Shown here in pieces: positions 1 to 9,107 of a stretch of DNA of 48,789 bases. The translations under genes and the position numbers were made by a program. Source of the DNA: an uncultured Pelolinea sp. (GTDB taxonomy: Bacteria > Chloroflexota > Anaerolineae > Anaerolineales > Anaerolineaceae). Positions within the stretch are counted from its first letter, which is position 1. Each line of letters opens with the position of its first letter. Under the pieces are notes generated by a model that searched no databases, was not told the origin of the DNA, and saw only the letters and a program-made list of their open reading frames with translations. The stretch covers positions 1-48,789 of the forward strand of contig CAZDIS010000001.1 of assembly GCA_964505585.1 (NCBI GenBank), given 5' to 3'.

Positions 1-657
1 CCGCGCCGGTGTCTCGGATGAAATCGAAATCGAAGCTGTATCCATGTGCAGGATAAGGCCATAAATAGATAAATGATTGGGTGCCAAGGAGAGCGCTAAA
101 TTAAGTGATTTTTTCAGAGAACGCATCGTTTGCGCGGGCACACTAAACATCAGGTCCAGGTTAATATTTTTGAAGCCGGCTGTCCGGGCATGCCTTACGC
201 TTAATATGACATCATCCTGTGTATGTTTTCTATCCAGTAATTGAAGTTCCCGGCTAACTGCGGACTGCATCCCAAAACTAATTCTATTTACTCCGCAATC
301 TCTTAGCGCATCAAAGTATGACCTGGATAATCCCAGGGGATTTGCTTCAAGAGATACTTCGGGATGCACGATTATTTCAAAATGCTCAATAATACAATTG
401 ATTATTTTTCTTAAATACTTTTCGGGGATGATTGAGGGTGTACCACCCCCAAAATATATCGTTTTAACAATGAACCTATCCGCGAGGTAAGAAGAAAAAT
501 GTGTGATTTCTTTTTGCAGAGCTTCGAAATAGGCGGGGATGGCTCCCTCACACCCGGCGTACGTGTTAAAATCACAATATCCGCATCTTGTCCGGCAAAA
601 TGGAATGTGAATATAAAAACCCAAATCCGATTTTTGTCCTTTTTTCAAATCAATCAT
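1..657 (-). CDS. hemW: Radical SAM heme chaperone HemW (HemN-like), partial; the 3' end runs off the window start
   Basis: Not in the ORF track. Manual translation from the ATG at 657 gives MIDLKKGQKSDLGFYIHIPFCRTRCGYCDFNTYAG, with CxxxCxxC followed by DF as in HemW, and later YFGGGTPS. Confidence 0.9.
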   Translation of the reverse strand, partial: MIDLKKGQKSDLGFYIHIPFCRTRCGYCDFNTYAGCEGAIPAYFEALQKEITHFSSYLADRFIVKTIYFGGGTPSIIPEKYLRKIINCIIEHFEIIVHPEVSLEANPLGLSRSYFDALRDCGVNRISFGMQSAVSRELQLLDRKHTQDDVILSVRHARTAGFKNINLDLMFSVPAQTMRSLKKSLNLALSLAPNHLSIYGLILHMDTASISISSETPAR

Positions 658-671
658 CGAATACCCTTAAA

Positions 672-680
672 TGGTATAAT
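672..680 (+). promoter_or_regulatory. Extended -10 element (TGnTATAAT) upstream of the LysM gene
   Basis: TGGTATAAT at 672-680 in the divergent hemW/LysM intergenic region. Confidence 0.45.
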
Positions 681-722
681 TCGTCGAATTTTCACACAAT
701 ATTTCAGTTAGAATAACATACT

Positions 723-1865
723 ATGAGCCCTGAAAATAACCATTCCAAAATTTGCCCGACCTGTGGTACACGTCTGAGTGAGAATGCCACAAGGTGTTTA
801 GTTTGTGGTCGGACATTTACTATAACAAGAGAAACAAAGAAGGCCAAATCTGTAAGATCCGAAAGTCTGCCAAGATTGACCCTCAGCTTACCACTAGCGG
901 TTGGACTGCTTATCCTATTTTTGGCAGTCGGCGGCGGCATCATTTTCCTGGTCTTGCGTGGCTCGGGGCAAATGGCAGCGCCTGAAGAAACCCCAACCAT
1001 CAGCCCTACACCGACCTTTGAGCAAAGTCCGACACCGACTATCACGCTGACACCCCAACCAACATTCACACCGCTTCCCCCGCTGGAATACACTATTCAA
1101 GCTGGCGACACCTGCAGCCTGGTTGCTGTTATCTATGGTGTCTCAGTCAGGAGCATTGCGGACCTAAATAACCTGCCGCCGGATTGCGGCGTGCTCAGCC
1201 AGGGACAGACTATTCTCGTCCCTCAACCTACACCAACACCATCGCCAATGCCAACCAGTACACAAAGCGCTGTGCAGGCAACAGGTTCCGCTTGTGACGT
1301 TGCGCCTGTTCGTGTTGGTGAAAACGATACCCTCAGTGGTATCGCCGCGAATTATGGTGTTTCTGTGGAATCGATTAAAACTTATAATGGTTTGACGTCT
1401 AACAGCATATTCAGCGGGCAACTGATTGAAGTCCCATTATGCGAGCGTTTGCCTACTGCGGGTCCAACCCCCACGCCCACCCTGCCGCCACCTTATCCGC
1501 CTACAAACCTTCTGCTTCCCGCAGATGGTGAGATATTCACTGGCATTAATGACACAATAACATTGCAATGGGCCGCAGTCGGTGGTCTACTTGAGAACGA
1601 GCTCTATGCAGTCACAATTGAAGACCTGACAGAAGGCCAGGGAAAGAAATTGGTAGATTATACAGAAGATACAAAATATAATATTCCAACCAGCTTCAGG
1701 CCGGTTGTCAATACCCCCCATATCATTCGTTGGTGGGTGCAGCCAGTGCGACCTTCCGGCACAACAGATGCTGGAGACACCATCTGGGTTCCCGCAGGCT
1801 CTCAGAGCCCCCCCAGAGTGTTCTCATGGTCCGGTATCGGCGCTGTGACCACGCAATCACCTTAA
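723..1865 (+). CDS. Membrane-anchored protein: N-terminal zinc ribbon, TM helix, Pro/Thr linkers, two LysM domains, C-terminal beta-sandwich-like domain
   Basis: CPTC..CLVC; hydrophobic LPLAVGLLILFLAVGGGIIFLVL; LysM patterns YTIQAGDTCSLVAVIYGVSV..IADLNNL and VRVGENDTLSGIAANYGVSVESIKTYNGL; PTPT repeats. Confidence 0.85.
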   Translation: MSPENNHSKICPTCGTRLSENATRCLVCGRTFTITRETKKAKSVRSESLPRLTLSLPLAVGLLILFLAVGGGIIFLVLRGSGQMAAPEETPTISPTPTFEQSPTPTITLTPQPTFTPLPPLEYTIQAGDTCSLVAVIYGVSVRSIADLNNLPPDCGVLSQGQTILVPQPTPTPSPMPTSTQSAVQATGSACDVAPVRVGENDTLSGIAANYGVSVESIKTYNGLTSNSIFSGQLIEVPLCERLPTAGPTPTPTLPPPYPPTNLLLPADGEIFTGINDTITLQWAAVGGLLENELYAVTIEDLTEGQGKKLVDYTEDTKYNIPTSFRPVVNTPHIIRWWVQPVRPSGTTDAGDTIWVPAGSQSPPRVFSWSGIGAVTTQSP

Positions 1866-1908
1866 AAAAAGATAGATGACCGAGGAAAAAACCTCGGTCA
1901 TTTATTTT
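1864..1908. terminator. Bidirectional intrinsic terminator between the convergent LysM gene and trxB
   Basis: Perfect 10-bp stem ATGACCGAGG (1876-1885)/CCTCGGTCAT (1892-1901), with an A-tract before and a T-rich tract after. Confidence 0.8.
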
Positions 1909-1912
1909 CAAC

Positions 1913-2851
1913 TTACTCTTCACTCTCAAGAAAACGCGTTGCTTCTATTGCAGCAGCAGCCCCCATTCCCGCGGAAGTAATAACTTGCCTATAACGCGGA
2001 TCGGCAATTTCTCCTGCGGCAAAAACACCTTCTCGATCCGTTCGCATTCGAGAATCAATCTCCAGATAACCTTTATCGTCCATTGCTAATTGGGATTTAA
2101 ACATATCAGAATTGGGTGTATGGCCGATAAAAACAAAGAAACCATCTGTTGACATTTCCGATTCTTCACCTGTTTTTACATTTTCCAGTACGATCTTCTC
2201 AACGCCCTCATTTCCCTTGATCTCTTTTACTACCGTATCCCAAATGAAGGATATCTTAGGATTATCAAACGCACGCTGTTTAAGGATAGCTCCTGCGCGC
2301 AACTCGTCCCTTCGATGAATGATGGTAACGGAGGTAGCATAGCGTGTCAGAAAAATCCCTTCTTCAAGCGCGCTATCACCACCGCCAACGACAACAACTT
2401 TTTTATCTTTAAAGAACCAGCCATCGCAAGTTCCGCAATATGAGACACCCTTACCACGAAATTCCTGTTCTCCCGGAATCCCTAACTCATTTGGGCTTGC
2501 GCCTGTTGTTATGATTAGTGTTTTTGCTTTGTATTCCGAATCATATGCTTTTACTGTAAATGGGCGCTCCGACAATTCAATCGCTGTAGCATTTTCATAG
2601 ACAAGTTCAGCTCCAAATCGTTCAGCATTTTTTTGAAATAGATCCGAAAGTTCTACTCCGCCCACGCCATCCGGGAAACCAGGGTAGTTTTCGATATTAT
2701 GGGTCAAGGCAGCTTGACCGCCAATTTGGGTTCCTGTCAATACCAGGGGATTGAGGTCGGCTCTTGCTGTGTATAACGCGGCTGCTAACCCGGCAGGACC
2801 AGCGCCTAAAATGATCACTTCATGGATCTTTAGTTTTGTTTCTTTCTCCAT
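1913..2851 (-). CDS. trxB: Thioredoxin-disulfide reductase
   Basis: GAGPAG FAD motif, IENYPGF, GVSYCGTCDG redox CxxC, VGGGDSALEE, HRRDELRA, RQVITSAGMG. Confidence 0.95.
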   Translation of the reverse strand: MEKETKLKIHEVIILGAGPAGLAAALYTARADLNPLVLTGTQIGGQAALTHNIENYPGFPDGVGGVELSDLFQKNAERFGAELVYENATAIELSERPFTVKAYDSEYKAKTLIITTGASPNELGIPGEQEFRGKGVSYCGTCDGWFFKDKKVVVVGGGDSALEEGIFLTRYATSVTIIHRRDELRAGAILKQRAFDNPKISFIWDTVVKEIKGNEGVEKIVLENVKTGEESEMSTDGFFVFIGHTPNSDMFKSQLAMDDKGYLEIDSRMRTDREGVFAAGEIADPRYRQVITSAGMGAAAAIEATRFLESEE

Positions 2852-2953
2852 AACAACTCCGTTTTTAATTAGAATAATTTTTCTTTATTCTAATTTACAT
2901 ATAATAATAATTATGCACTCATACGAATTGTATATGATTTATTGGAGGCGAAA

Positions 2954-3721
2954 ATGAAATTTTCTGACAAGGTCGTTCTGGTAACTGGATCAGGCAGGGG
3001 AATTGGTAGAGAAATTGCCTATGCCTTTGCGAAACAAGGCGCAGATATTATTGTAAATTATGTTCATAATGAAGAACCCGCCCTTGAGATAGTAGAAATG
3101 ATCGAAGCGCTCGGAAACCGGGCAATCGCGGTGAGAGCTAATGTAGGCAAGCAGGATGCGATTGAGAAATTATTCTCAAGAATTTCAGATGAATTCGGAA
3201 AATTAGATATTTTTGTCAGCAATGCTGCTTCCGGGTTCAATCGACCCGGATTGGAGCAAAAACTAAGCGGTTGGGAGCATACCATGAATGTCAACGCGCG
3301 CGCCCTGCTCCTGGGTACACAATTATCAGTCCCGTTGATGGAGAAATCTGGCTGCGGGAAAATTGTTGCCATAACAAGCCCGGGCGCAAGACGTGTATTA
3401 CCTGACTATATTGCTGTCGGAGCGAGTAAAGCGGCGCTAAACGCACTTGTGCGCTATTTTGCGGTTGAACTGGCTGGAAGGAATATTAGTGTGAATGCCG
3501 TCTCGCCCGGCATTGTTGAAACAGATGCACTCAAACATTTTTCTTTTATGAACGATGGATCTGTCCTGGAAAATGCTCAAAAACTTACACCAGCAGGTAG
3601 ACTGGTAAAACCAGTAGACGTCGCAAACACAGTACTGTTCCTTTGCAGTCCGGAAGCGGAGATGATACGCGGACAGGTCATCGTTGTTGACGGTGGTTAT
3701 ACCCTGCCCGTTCCGAATTAA
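2954..3721 (+). CDS. fabL: Enoyl-ACP reductase FabL-like short-chain dehydrogenase
   Basis: TGSGRGIG, FVSNAASG, YIAVGASKAAL (Y-x6-K) and ETDALKHF resemble Bacillus FabL. The ATG at 2954 follows GGAGG. Confidence 0.75.
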   Translation: MKFSDKVVLVTGSGRGIGREIAYAFAKQGADIIVNYVHNEEPALEIVEMIEALGNRAIAVRANVGKQDAIEKLFSRISDEFGKLDIFVSNAASGFNRPGLEQKLSGWEHTMNVNARALLLGTQLSVPLMEKSGCGKIVAITSPGARRVLPDYIAVGASKAALNALVRYFAVELAGRNISVNAVSPGIVETDALKHFSFMNDGSVLENAQKLTPAGRLVKPVDVANTVLFLCSPEAEMIRGQVIVVDGGYTLPVPN

Positions 3722-4356
3722 TTTTCGTGGGTTAAAATCACACGTGCGGGTGCACCATCTGTACCCTCTAATTTTAATGGAAGACAAAAAAGGTCATACA
3801 TACCTGGATCAACTTTTCTAAGGTCCAGGTTTTCCAGAAGCACAACTCCGTTAAGCAATAATATTTCATGTGGTTTCTGAAGGTCCTGATATGCGGAAAC
3901 AGAAAAGAAATCAATTCCTAACAAATCTAATTGGAATGATTTTAAATACTCTGCAGCCGAAGTATCGATTCCAACATAATCGCTTCTAAATACCTTGGGA
4001 TCGTGATCCCAAAATCTTGAATTTGAGGTTTTTAGAATAAGCTTTTTGCTTTTATAGTCAGTATCCAGATTCTTAAGCACCGAATCATTAATGACGTTTA
4101 CCCCATCAGGTATGGATACCACCTCAACAGAGCCGATTAATTTCTTAAGCGAAATTGCATCTACAGTTTTTCCGTTCTTTATTACATGAAATGGCGCGTC
4201 AATATGTGTCCCGCTGTGCACGCCGAGCTCAATCCGAGACACATTGTAGTCACTCTCTGGACCCAATGAAGCCGAACGCTGAATGGTCACTCCCTTATCG
4301 CCCTCCCAAACTGGGGTAAGGCTTGATAATGGTATTGTTACATCAAAGATCTGCAT
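3718..4356 (-). CDS. Cyclase family metal-dependent hydrolase (kynurenine formamidase-like)
   Basis: HSGTHIDAPFH, GIDFFS, LLENL, LPLKLEGTDGAPARV. ATG 4356 follows GAGGA; the track start is 4383. Confidence 0.88.
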   Translation of the reverse strand: MQIFDVTIPLSSLTPVWEGDKGVTIQRSASLGPESDYNVSRIELGVHSGTHIDAPFHVIKNGKTVDAISLKKLIGSVEVVSIPDGVNVINDSVLKNLDTDYKSKKLILKTSNSRFWDHDPKVFRSDYVGIDTSAAEYLKSFQLDLLGIDFFSVSAYQDLQKPHEILLLNGVVLLENLDLRKVDPGMYDLFCLPLKLEGTDGAPARVILTHEN

Positions 4357-4441
4357 TTTATCCTCTTCTTTTGATCCGCTCAAAGATGATAGACCGTGAT
4401 AGGGATTTTACCTATAATTATTACACTACTAAGAGGTAATA

Positions 4442-5602
4442 ATGCGAAAAGTTGCGGTTATTGGAATTGGCCAAACAAAAGTTTCTGAAAATTGGGATAA
4501 ATCTCTTCGAGAATTGGCGGGCGATGCAGTGCTTGCTGCCCTCCACGATGCAAACCTTTCAACAGCGGATGCATTTTTTATTGGCAATATGATGTCGTCG
4601 GCTGCAAATAACCAGCAGAATATTGGCGCTTACATCACAGATTGGGTGGGGTCACGCGGGGCAGAAAGCTTACACATTGAGTCAGCCTGCAGTTCTGGTT
4701 CTGCTGCCTTTCGCGCTGCGGTATTAGCCGTCGCATCAAATGAAGTGAACATCGCTGTAGCAGCAGCAGTTGAAAAAATGACTGATTCTCCCGGCGCAGA
4801 AACAACCGCTTATCTCGCCACTGCTGCGGACGCAGATTGGGAAGTAGACCAGGGTGTATCATTTGTTTCGCTTAATGCGTTATTAATGCAGCGGTATATG
4901 CATGAATACAAATGGGCCCATGATAATTTTGCAAATTTTTCTATCAATGCCCATCGTAATGCCATTAATAATTCAAATGCCATGTTCCGCATGCCAATCT
5001 CACAGGATAAGTTCAACCGTTCCCCGGTCATCTGCGATCCCCTGACCCTTTTTGATGCATCACCCATAGGTGACGGAGCTGCAGCTGCAGTCATTGTGCC
5101 TTTAGAAGAGGTTGAAAAAAACAAACAGAAGAAGCCGATCGTGGTTACTGGATCCGCTGCGGCAAGTGATACGATCGCAGTTCATGATCGAAAAGATCCG
5201 CTCTGGCTGTCAGCCGCAGAAAGATCTGCAAAAGCAGCATATTCCCAGGCAGGCATTTCACCCAGCCAAATCGATCTCTTTGAATACCATGACGCATTCA
5301 CGATCATGGCAGCTCTTTCTCTTGAAGCGTGTGGTTTTGCGGAACGCGGTCGCGGCCCAGCATTGGCTTTAGAAGACCAGATTTTGATCCATGGCCGGAT
5401 TCCAGTCGCAACAATGGGAGGGCTGAAAGCGCGCGGGCATCCCGTCGGTGCTACAGGGCTCTTCCAATTGGTCGAAGTTGTTCAGCAATTACGCGGAGAT
5501 GCCGGAGAAAACCAGGTACCGGATGCAACCTACGGCATGGCCCAAAACATTGGCGGCAGTGGTTCAAATATCATCACCCACATTCTTACGAATGCCGCTT
5601 AG
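4442..5602 (+). CDS. Thiolase (acetyl-CoA C-acyltransferase), SCP2/archaeal type
   Basis: ESACSSG (catalytic Cys), EKMTD, DGAAA, YHDAF, GGLKARGHPVGATG, QNIGG. TATAAT at 4413-4418 and a GAGGT SD lie upstream. Confidence 0.88.
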   Translation: MRKVAVIGIGQTKVSENWDKSLRELAGDAVLAALHDANLSTADAFFIGNMMSSAANNQQNIGAYITDWVGSRGAESLHIESACSSGSAAFRAAVLAVASNEVNIAVAAAVEKMTDSPGAETTAYLATAADADWEVDQGVSFVSLNALLMQRYMHEYKWAHDNFANFSINAHRNAINNSNAMFRMPISQDKFNRSPVICDPLTLFDASPIGDGAAAAVIVPLEEVEKNKQKKPIVVTGSAAASDTIAVHDRKDPLWLSAAERSAKAAYSQAGISPSQIDLFEYHDAFTIMAALSLEACGFAERGRGPALALEDQILIHGRIPVATMGGLKARGHPVGATGLFQLVEVVQQLRGDAGENQVPDATYGMAQNIGGSGSNIITHILTNAA

Positions 5603-6461
5603 AGTTGAAGATTTCTGGAATGTAATTGAATCGTACCGGCAGGAAACACATCGTTTTCTTCCGGAATTGCGAATCAGCTCAGATAAAGAGGCGATCGCAT
5701 TTGTCAATCAAAGGAAATTTGTTTTCTTTTGGCCGATAAAAAACATCCCACTTCCATCTCTTTGGGGGGCGGCCGCGGGCAACCGCCCGGTCCCAAACAA
5801 CCACGATGACCCTGGGCACATCACCTGGCGCTGGAAGGATGATCTTTTAGACAAGAGTGTTTGGTATTATGCTAAAGTATTGCGGAAAAAGAGCACAATT
5901 ATTTCGCTTGATACCATTAGATTCTTTTTCGCGCTTTCGGAAACTGTGTTTCACCAGATTGGCGATTTGGAATACCTGTATAAGATTGGAAAAATTCCGC
6001 GTATAGAATTGGAAATTTTTTCACAGCTGGTCAAACACGGCCCATTAGACTCTATCTCACTTCGTGAACATCTCTATGCGAAAATCTCTTGCTCTTCGGC
6101 AGAATTCAATCGAGGTATGCTGCACCTGCAGGAGAAATTCCAGATCATTCCTGTGGGGATAGCTGAAAAAGGCCGCTGGCATTACGCATATCTTTACGAT
6201 CGCGTTGCACGCCAATTTCCGAATGAAATAAACATAGCATATCAGATGTTAAAAGAGGAGGCGCGCGAGAAATTACTGCTTGCATATTTCGCGTCGATTG
6301 GCGCAGCAACGATTCAAGACACCAGGAAACTATTCCGATGGTCCATAGAGGACATTAACCAAACACTGGTGAAATTTGAAAAACACAGTTTGGTTTTACC
6401 TGTAAAATCGGATGAAATGGATCAATTATTTGTATATAAAGATCTGTACCAAAAAATATGA
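5592..6461 (+). CDS. AlkZ-related winged-helix protein (putative DNA glycosylase/crosslink-repair family)
   Basis: PSLW..., W.WKDDL...WYYAK, wHTH-like middle and C-terminal AYFASIGAAT..LFRW. Family assignment is from recognition. The ATG at 5592 overlaps the thiolase stop; the track start 5448 lies deep inside the thiolase. Confidence 0.55.
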   Translation: MPLRVEDFWNVIESYRQETHRFLPELRISSDKEAIAFVNQRKFVFFWPIKNIPLPSLWGAAAGNRPVPNNHDDPGHITWRWKDDLLDKSVWYYAKVLRKKSTIISLDTIRFFFALSETVFHQIGDLEYLYKIGKIPRIELEIFSQLVKHGPLDSISLREHLYAKISCSSAEFNRGMLHLQEKFQIIPVGIAEKGRWHYAYLYDRVARQFPNEINIAYQMLKEEAREKLLLAYFASIGAATIQDTRKLFRWSIEDINQTLVKFEKHSLVLPVKSDEMDQLFVYKDLYQKI

Positions 6462-6498
6462 TTTATTATTATCTCAGTTTCCAAACACAAACAGGAAA

Positions 6499-8136
6499 AT
6501 GACTGATATAAAAATACCTGAAACTAACTGGAAGAAAAACCTCGTATTGATCGCAAAAAATACGTTCGTTTGGATGTATCAACTTTCCAAAGAATATGGC
6601 AGGAATATTAATTCGATCGATCAGATTCCAATGGAAGAATTTGAGAAGTTTGCCTCCCTTGGGATAAACGGCATCTGGCTGATTGGGATTTGGGAACGCA
6701 GCGTCGCCTCAAGGATGATTAAGAATCTCTATGGGTATGATCACGCTGCCGCGTCTGCTTATTCAATCCTCGAATATAAGATCACAAAGAATATTGGCGG
6801 GAGGGAAAGTTATTTACGCTTTCGTGAAAAAGCGGATAAATTCGGCATAAAGATCGGATGCGATATGGTTCCAAACCATACCGGTCTTGATTCTCCCTGG
6901 CTTCTTGAACACCCGGATTGGTATATACAAGCTGATGTAAATCCTTCAGAAAATTTTACTTTCAACTCCCCCAACCTTTTATCTCATGAAGATATCGAGA
7001 TCAGAATTGAAGAGGGATATTATACGCAAACAGGCGCGTCAGAGGTTTTTCTTTACCGAAACAAAAAAACTGCTGAGGAAAAGTTCATTTATCACGGAAA
7101 TGATGGGACAAGCATGCCCTGGAATGATACCGCGCAATTGAATTACCTCAATCCGCAGGTCAGGGATGAAGTGAGAAAAACCATAGCCGATGTTGCCGTG
7201 GATTTTGATGTCATACGTCTTGATGCGGCTATGACCCTCACACGCAGGCACTTTAAACGATTGTGGTATCCCGGAGAAGATGGAGAACGATGTATTCCCA
7301 CCCGAGAAATTTATCGCATGAGCAGCACTGAATTCGATCAACTGATGCCAAATGAATTCTGGAAGCAGGTGGTTGATGATGTAAAAACACACCAAACAGA
7401 CACACTGCTTATCGCAGAAGCCTTCTGGTTAATGGAAGGGTATTTTATTAAACATCTTGGGATGGACCGCGTTTACAACAGCGCCTTTATGAATATGATC
7501 AGGGACGAAGAAAATAAAAAATTCAAGAATTGCCTGCGGGATATGGCATCTATCAGCCCCAACGCATTGGGACATCTGGTAAATTATCAGACAACGCCAG
7601 ATGAAGAATCAGCTATTAACCAATTCGGCAATGGCGATAAATATTTTAGCGTTGGCACAGTGCTCTGTACGCTGCCCGGATTGCCTATGTTCGGGCACGG
7701 ACAATTGTTAGGTTACCGGGAGCGGTATGGTATGGATTATCTAATGCCGCATATGCAGGAATCGCCCGACATGCTCCTATTCAATAAACACAAAAAAATT
7801 ATCGCACCATTACTGCAAAAAAGGCAACTCTTTTCATCGTGCGAAAATTTTAAAATAATTGAATTACATGATGCCGATGGCCAGGTGGTTGACGATATAA
7901 TCGCCTTTACAAACGAATATAACGGCGAGCGCGGTCTTGTTATTTTCAATAATTCACCTATCGCTTTAAAGGGGCGCGCGGATTCACAGATGCTCATGCC
8001 AAACAAAAAGCTAAGTCAGTTAATGAATCTCGATAAGGACTTGGTCGGGCATGTATCTTTTTCTTTCATGAAGGATTCCGAAGAAATAAAATTCAAACTT
8101 TCCCCTTACGCATCAGAAGTATTTCTACTCTTGTAA
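6499..8136 (+). CDS. Alpha-amylase family glycoside hydrolase (GH13)
   Basis: DMVPNH (region I), RLDAAM (nucleophile Asp), IAEAFW (acid/base Glu), TPDEE (region IV), LPGLPM. ATG 6499 follows AGGA. Confidence 0.85.
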   Translation: MTDIKIPETNWKKNLVLIAKNTFVWMYQLSKEYGRNINSIDQIPMEEFEKFASLGINGIWLIGIWERSVASRMIKNLYGYDHAAASAYSILEYKITKNIGGRESYLRFREKADKFGIKIGCDMVPNHTGLDSPWLLEHPDWYIQADVNPSENFTFNSPNLLSHEDIEIRIEEGYYTQTGASEVFLYRNKKTAEEKFIYHGNDGTSMPWNDTAQLNYLNPQVRDEVRKTIADVAVDFDVIRLDAAMTLTRRHFKRLWYPGEDGERCIPTREIYRMSSTEFDQLMPNEFWKQVVDDVKTHQTDTLLIAEAFWLMEGYFIKHLGMDRVYNSAFMNMIRDEENKKFKNCLRDMASISPNALGHLVNYQTTPDEESAINQFGNGDKYFSVGTVLCTLPGLPMFGHGQLLGYRERYGMDYLMPHMQESPDMLLFNKHKKIIAPLLQKRQLFSSCENFKIIELHDADGQVVDDIIAFTNEYNGERGLVIFNNSPIALKGRADSQMLMPNKKLSQLMNLDKDLVGHVSFSFMKDSEEIKFKLSPYASEVFLLL

Positions 8137-9021
8137 GGTTGCGCTTTCCAGAAAATGAGAAAACCGTCCCGGCAGTAAATCAAACGCTCTTGGCATTGAA
8201 TCCAAAGAACAGGTCCGATTTATCGCAAGTAAATTCAGCCATTTTGTGGTTAGAGGAAACCCATTCTTGCTTTGGTTGAACCAAAGATTATAAATACGCA
8301 TATATGCTGGCGCAATGGAAAGTGGGATCCTTCGTTTTTTTTCAACACGCATGATCATCTTTATTATTGATTTAAAATCAAAATATTCTCCCCCACCAAT
8401 TGAAACAGTTATATTCTCGAACTTTTCTTTATTAATCAGGATAAAGACCGCTGAGATTAGGTCCTCAACCCATAATGGCTGTAATACGGATTCGCCTCTT
8501 TCCGGCAAAAGAATAATTCCCGGGGCGGACCGAATATAGCGCGTTAAATCAGCTATGAAATGGTCCGCTTCTCCATAAACATCTGTTAATCGCAGGATCT
8601 CAAAATCTAACCCCGATGCCTGAATCAGTTTTTCTGCAAGTGCTTTTGCGCGGAAAATGGGATAGATTGAATTCATTTCTGCGCCCACCCTGCTCAAATA
8701 AATAACACGCTTAACCCCGGCGTCTTTCGCAGCTTTGATTAATATTTCAGTTCCTTTGACATCAACCCCTTCATAATCCGGAGCCGGAGAGTTGTTCTCT
8801 GCTGTTGCCAGGTGAAGAATGGTATGAACGCCACTCAAAACAGATCGCAGGCTTCTTCTGTCGGTCAGGCTGCTAACAACAACATCCATGGGGATATCCA
8901 ATGGCAGGTATGCCATCTCACGCTTAGGCCGCAGTAGAATTTTAAATGGAACATTGCTTTGCACGAGTCTTAGAATTATCCGTGACCCAATAAAACCTGT
9001 CCCGCCAGTTATCAGAATCAT
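8125..9021 (-). CDS. NAD(P)-binding atypical SDR / epimerase (NDUFA9-like)
   Basis: MILITGGTGFIG Rossmann motif, LQPLWVEDL. The start at 9021 is supported by the -10 box 7 nt upstream. Confidence 0.85.
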   Translation of the reverse strand: MILITGGTGFIGSRIILRLVQSNVPFKILLRPKREMAYLPLDIPMDVVVSSLTDRRSLRSVLSGVHTILHLATAENNSPAPDYEGVDVKGTEILIKAAKDAGVKRVIYLSRVGAEMNSIYPIFRAKALAEKLIQASGLDFEILRLTDVYGEADHFIADLTRYIRSAPGIILLPERGESVLQPLWVEDLISAVFILINKEKFENITVSIGGGEYFDFKSIIKMIMRVEKKRRIPLSIAPAYMRIYNLWFNQSKNGFPLTTKWLNLLAINRTCSLDSMPRAFDLLPGRFSHFLESATLQE

Positions 9022-9028
9022 CTCCGCG

Positions 9029-9037
9029 ATTATAGCA
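9029..9037 (-). promoter_or_regulatory. Extended -10 (TGCTATAAT) 7 nt before the ATG; probable leaderless promoter
   Basis: Minus strand reads TGCTATAAT-CGCGGAG-ATG. Confidence 0.6.
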
Positions 9038-9107
9038 GAATGCAAGAATTTCTTTGGCACTTTTCTTGCAATATTAATGATGAAAAATAGGTATTCAAAT
9101 ATTTAAC

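Noticed and set aside
499-711. 70-aa + strand ORF
   Set aside because: Antisense to the clearly recognisable hemW N-terminus
990-1500. Repetitive CCN-ACN tracts in the LysM gene (also in 32340-32480)
   Set aside because: Pro/Thr linker coding rather than DNA repeats or a CRISPR array
5448-5591. Track start of the 337-aa ORF, 155 nt inside the thiolase
   Set aside because: The extension overlaps conserved thiolase motifs; ATG 5592 at the thiolase stop is more plausible
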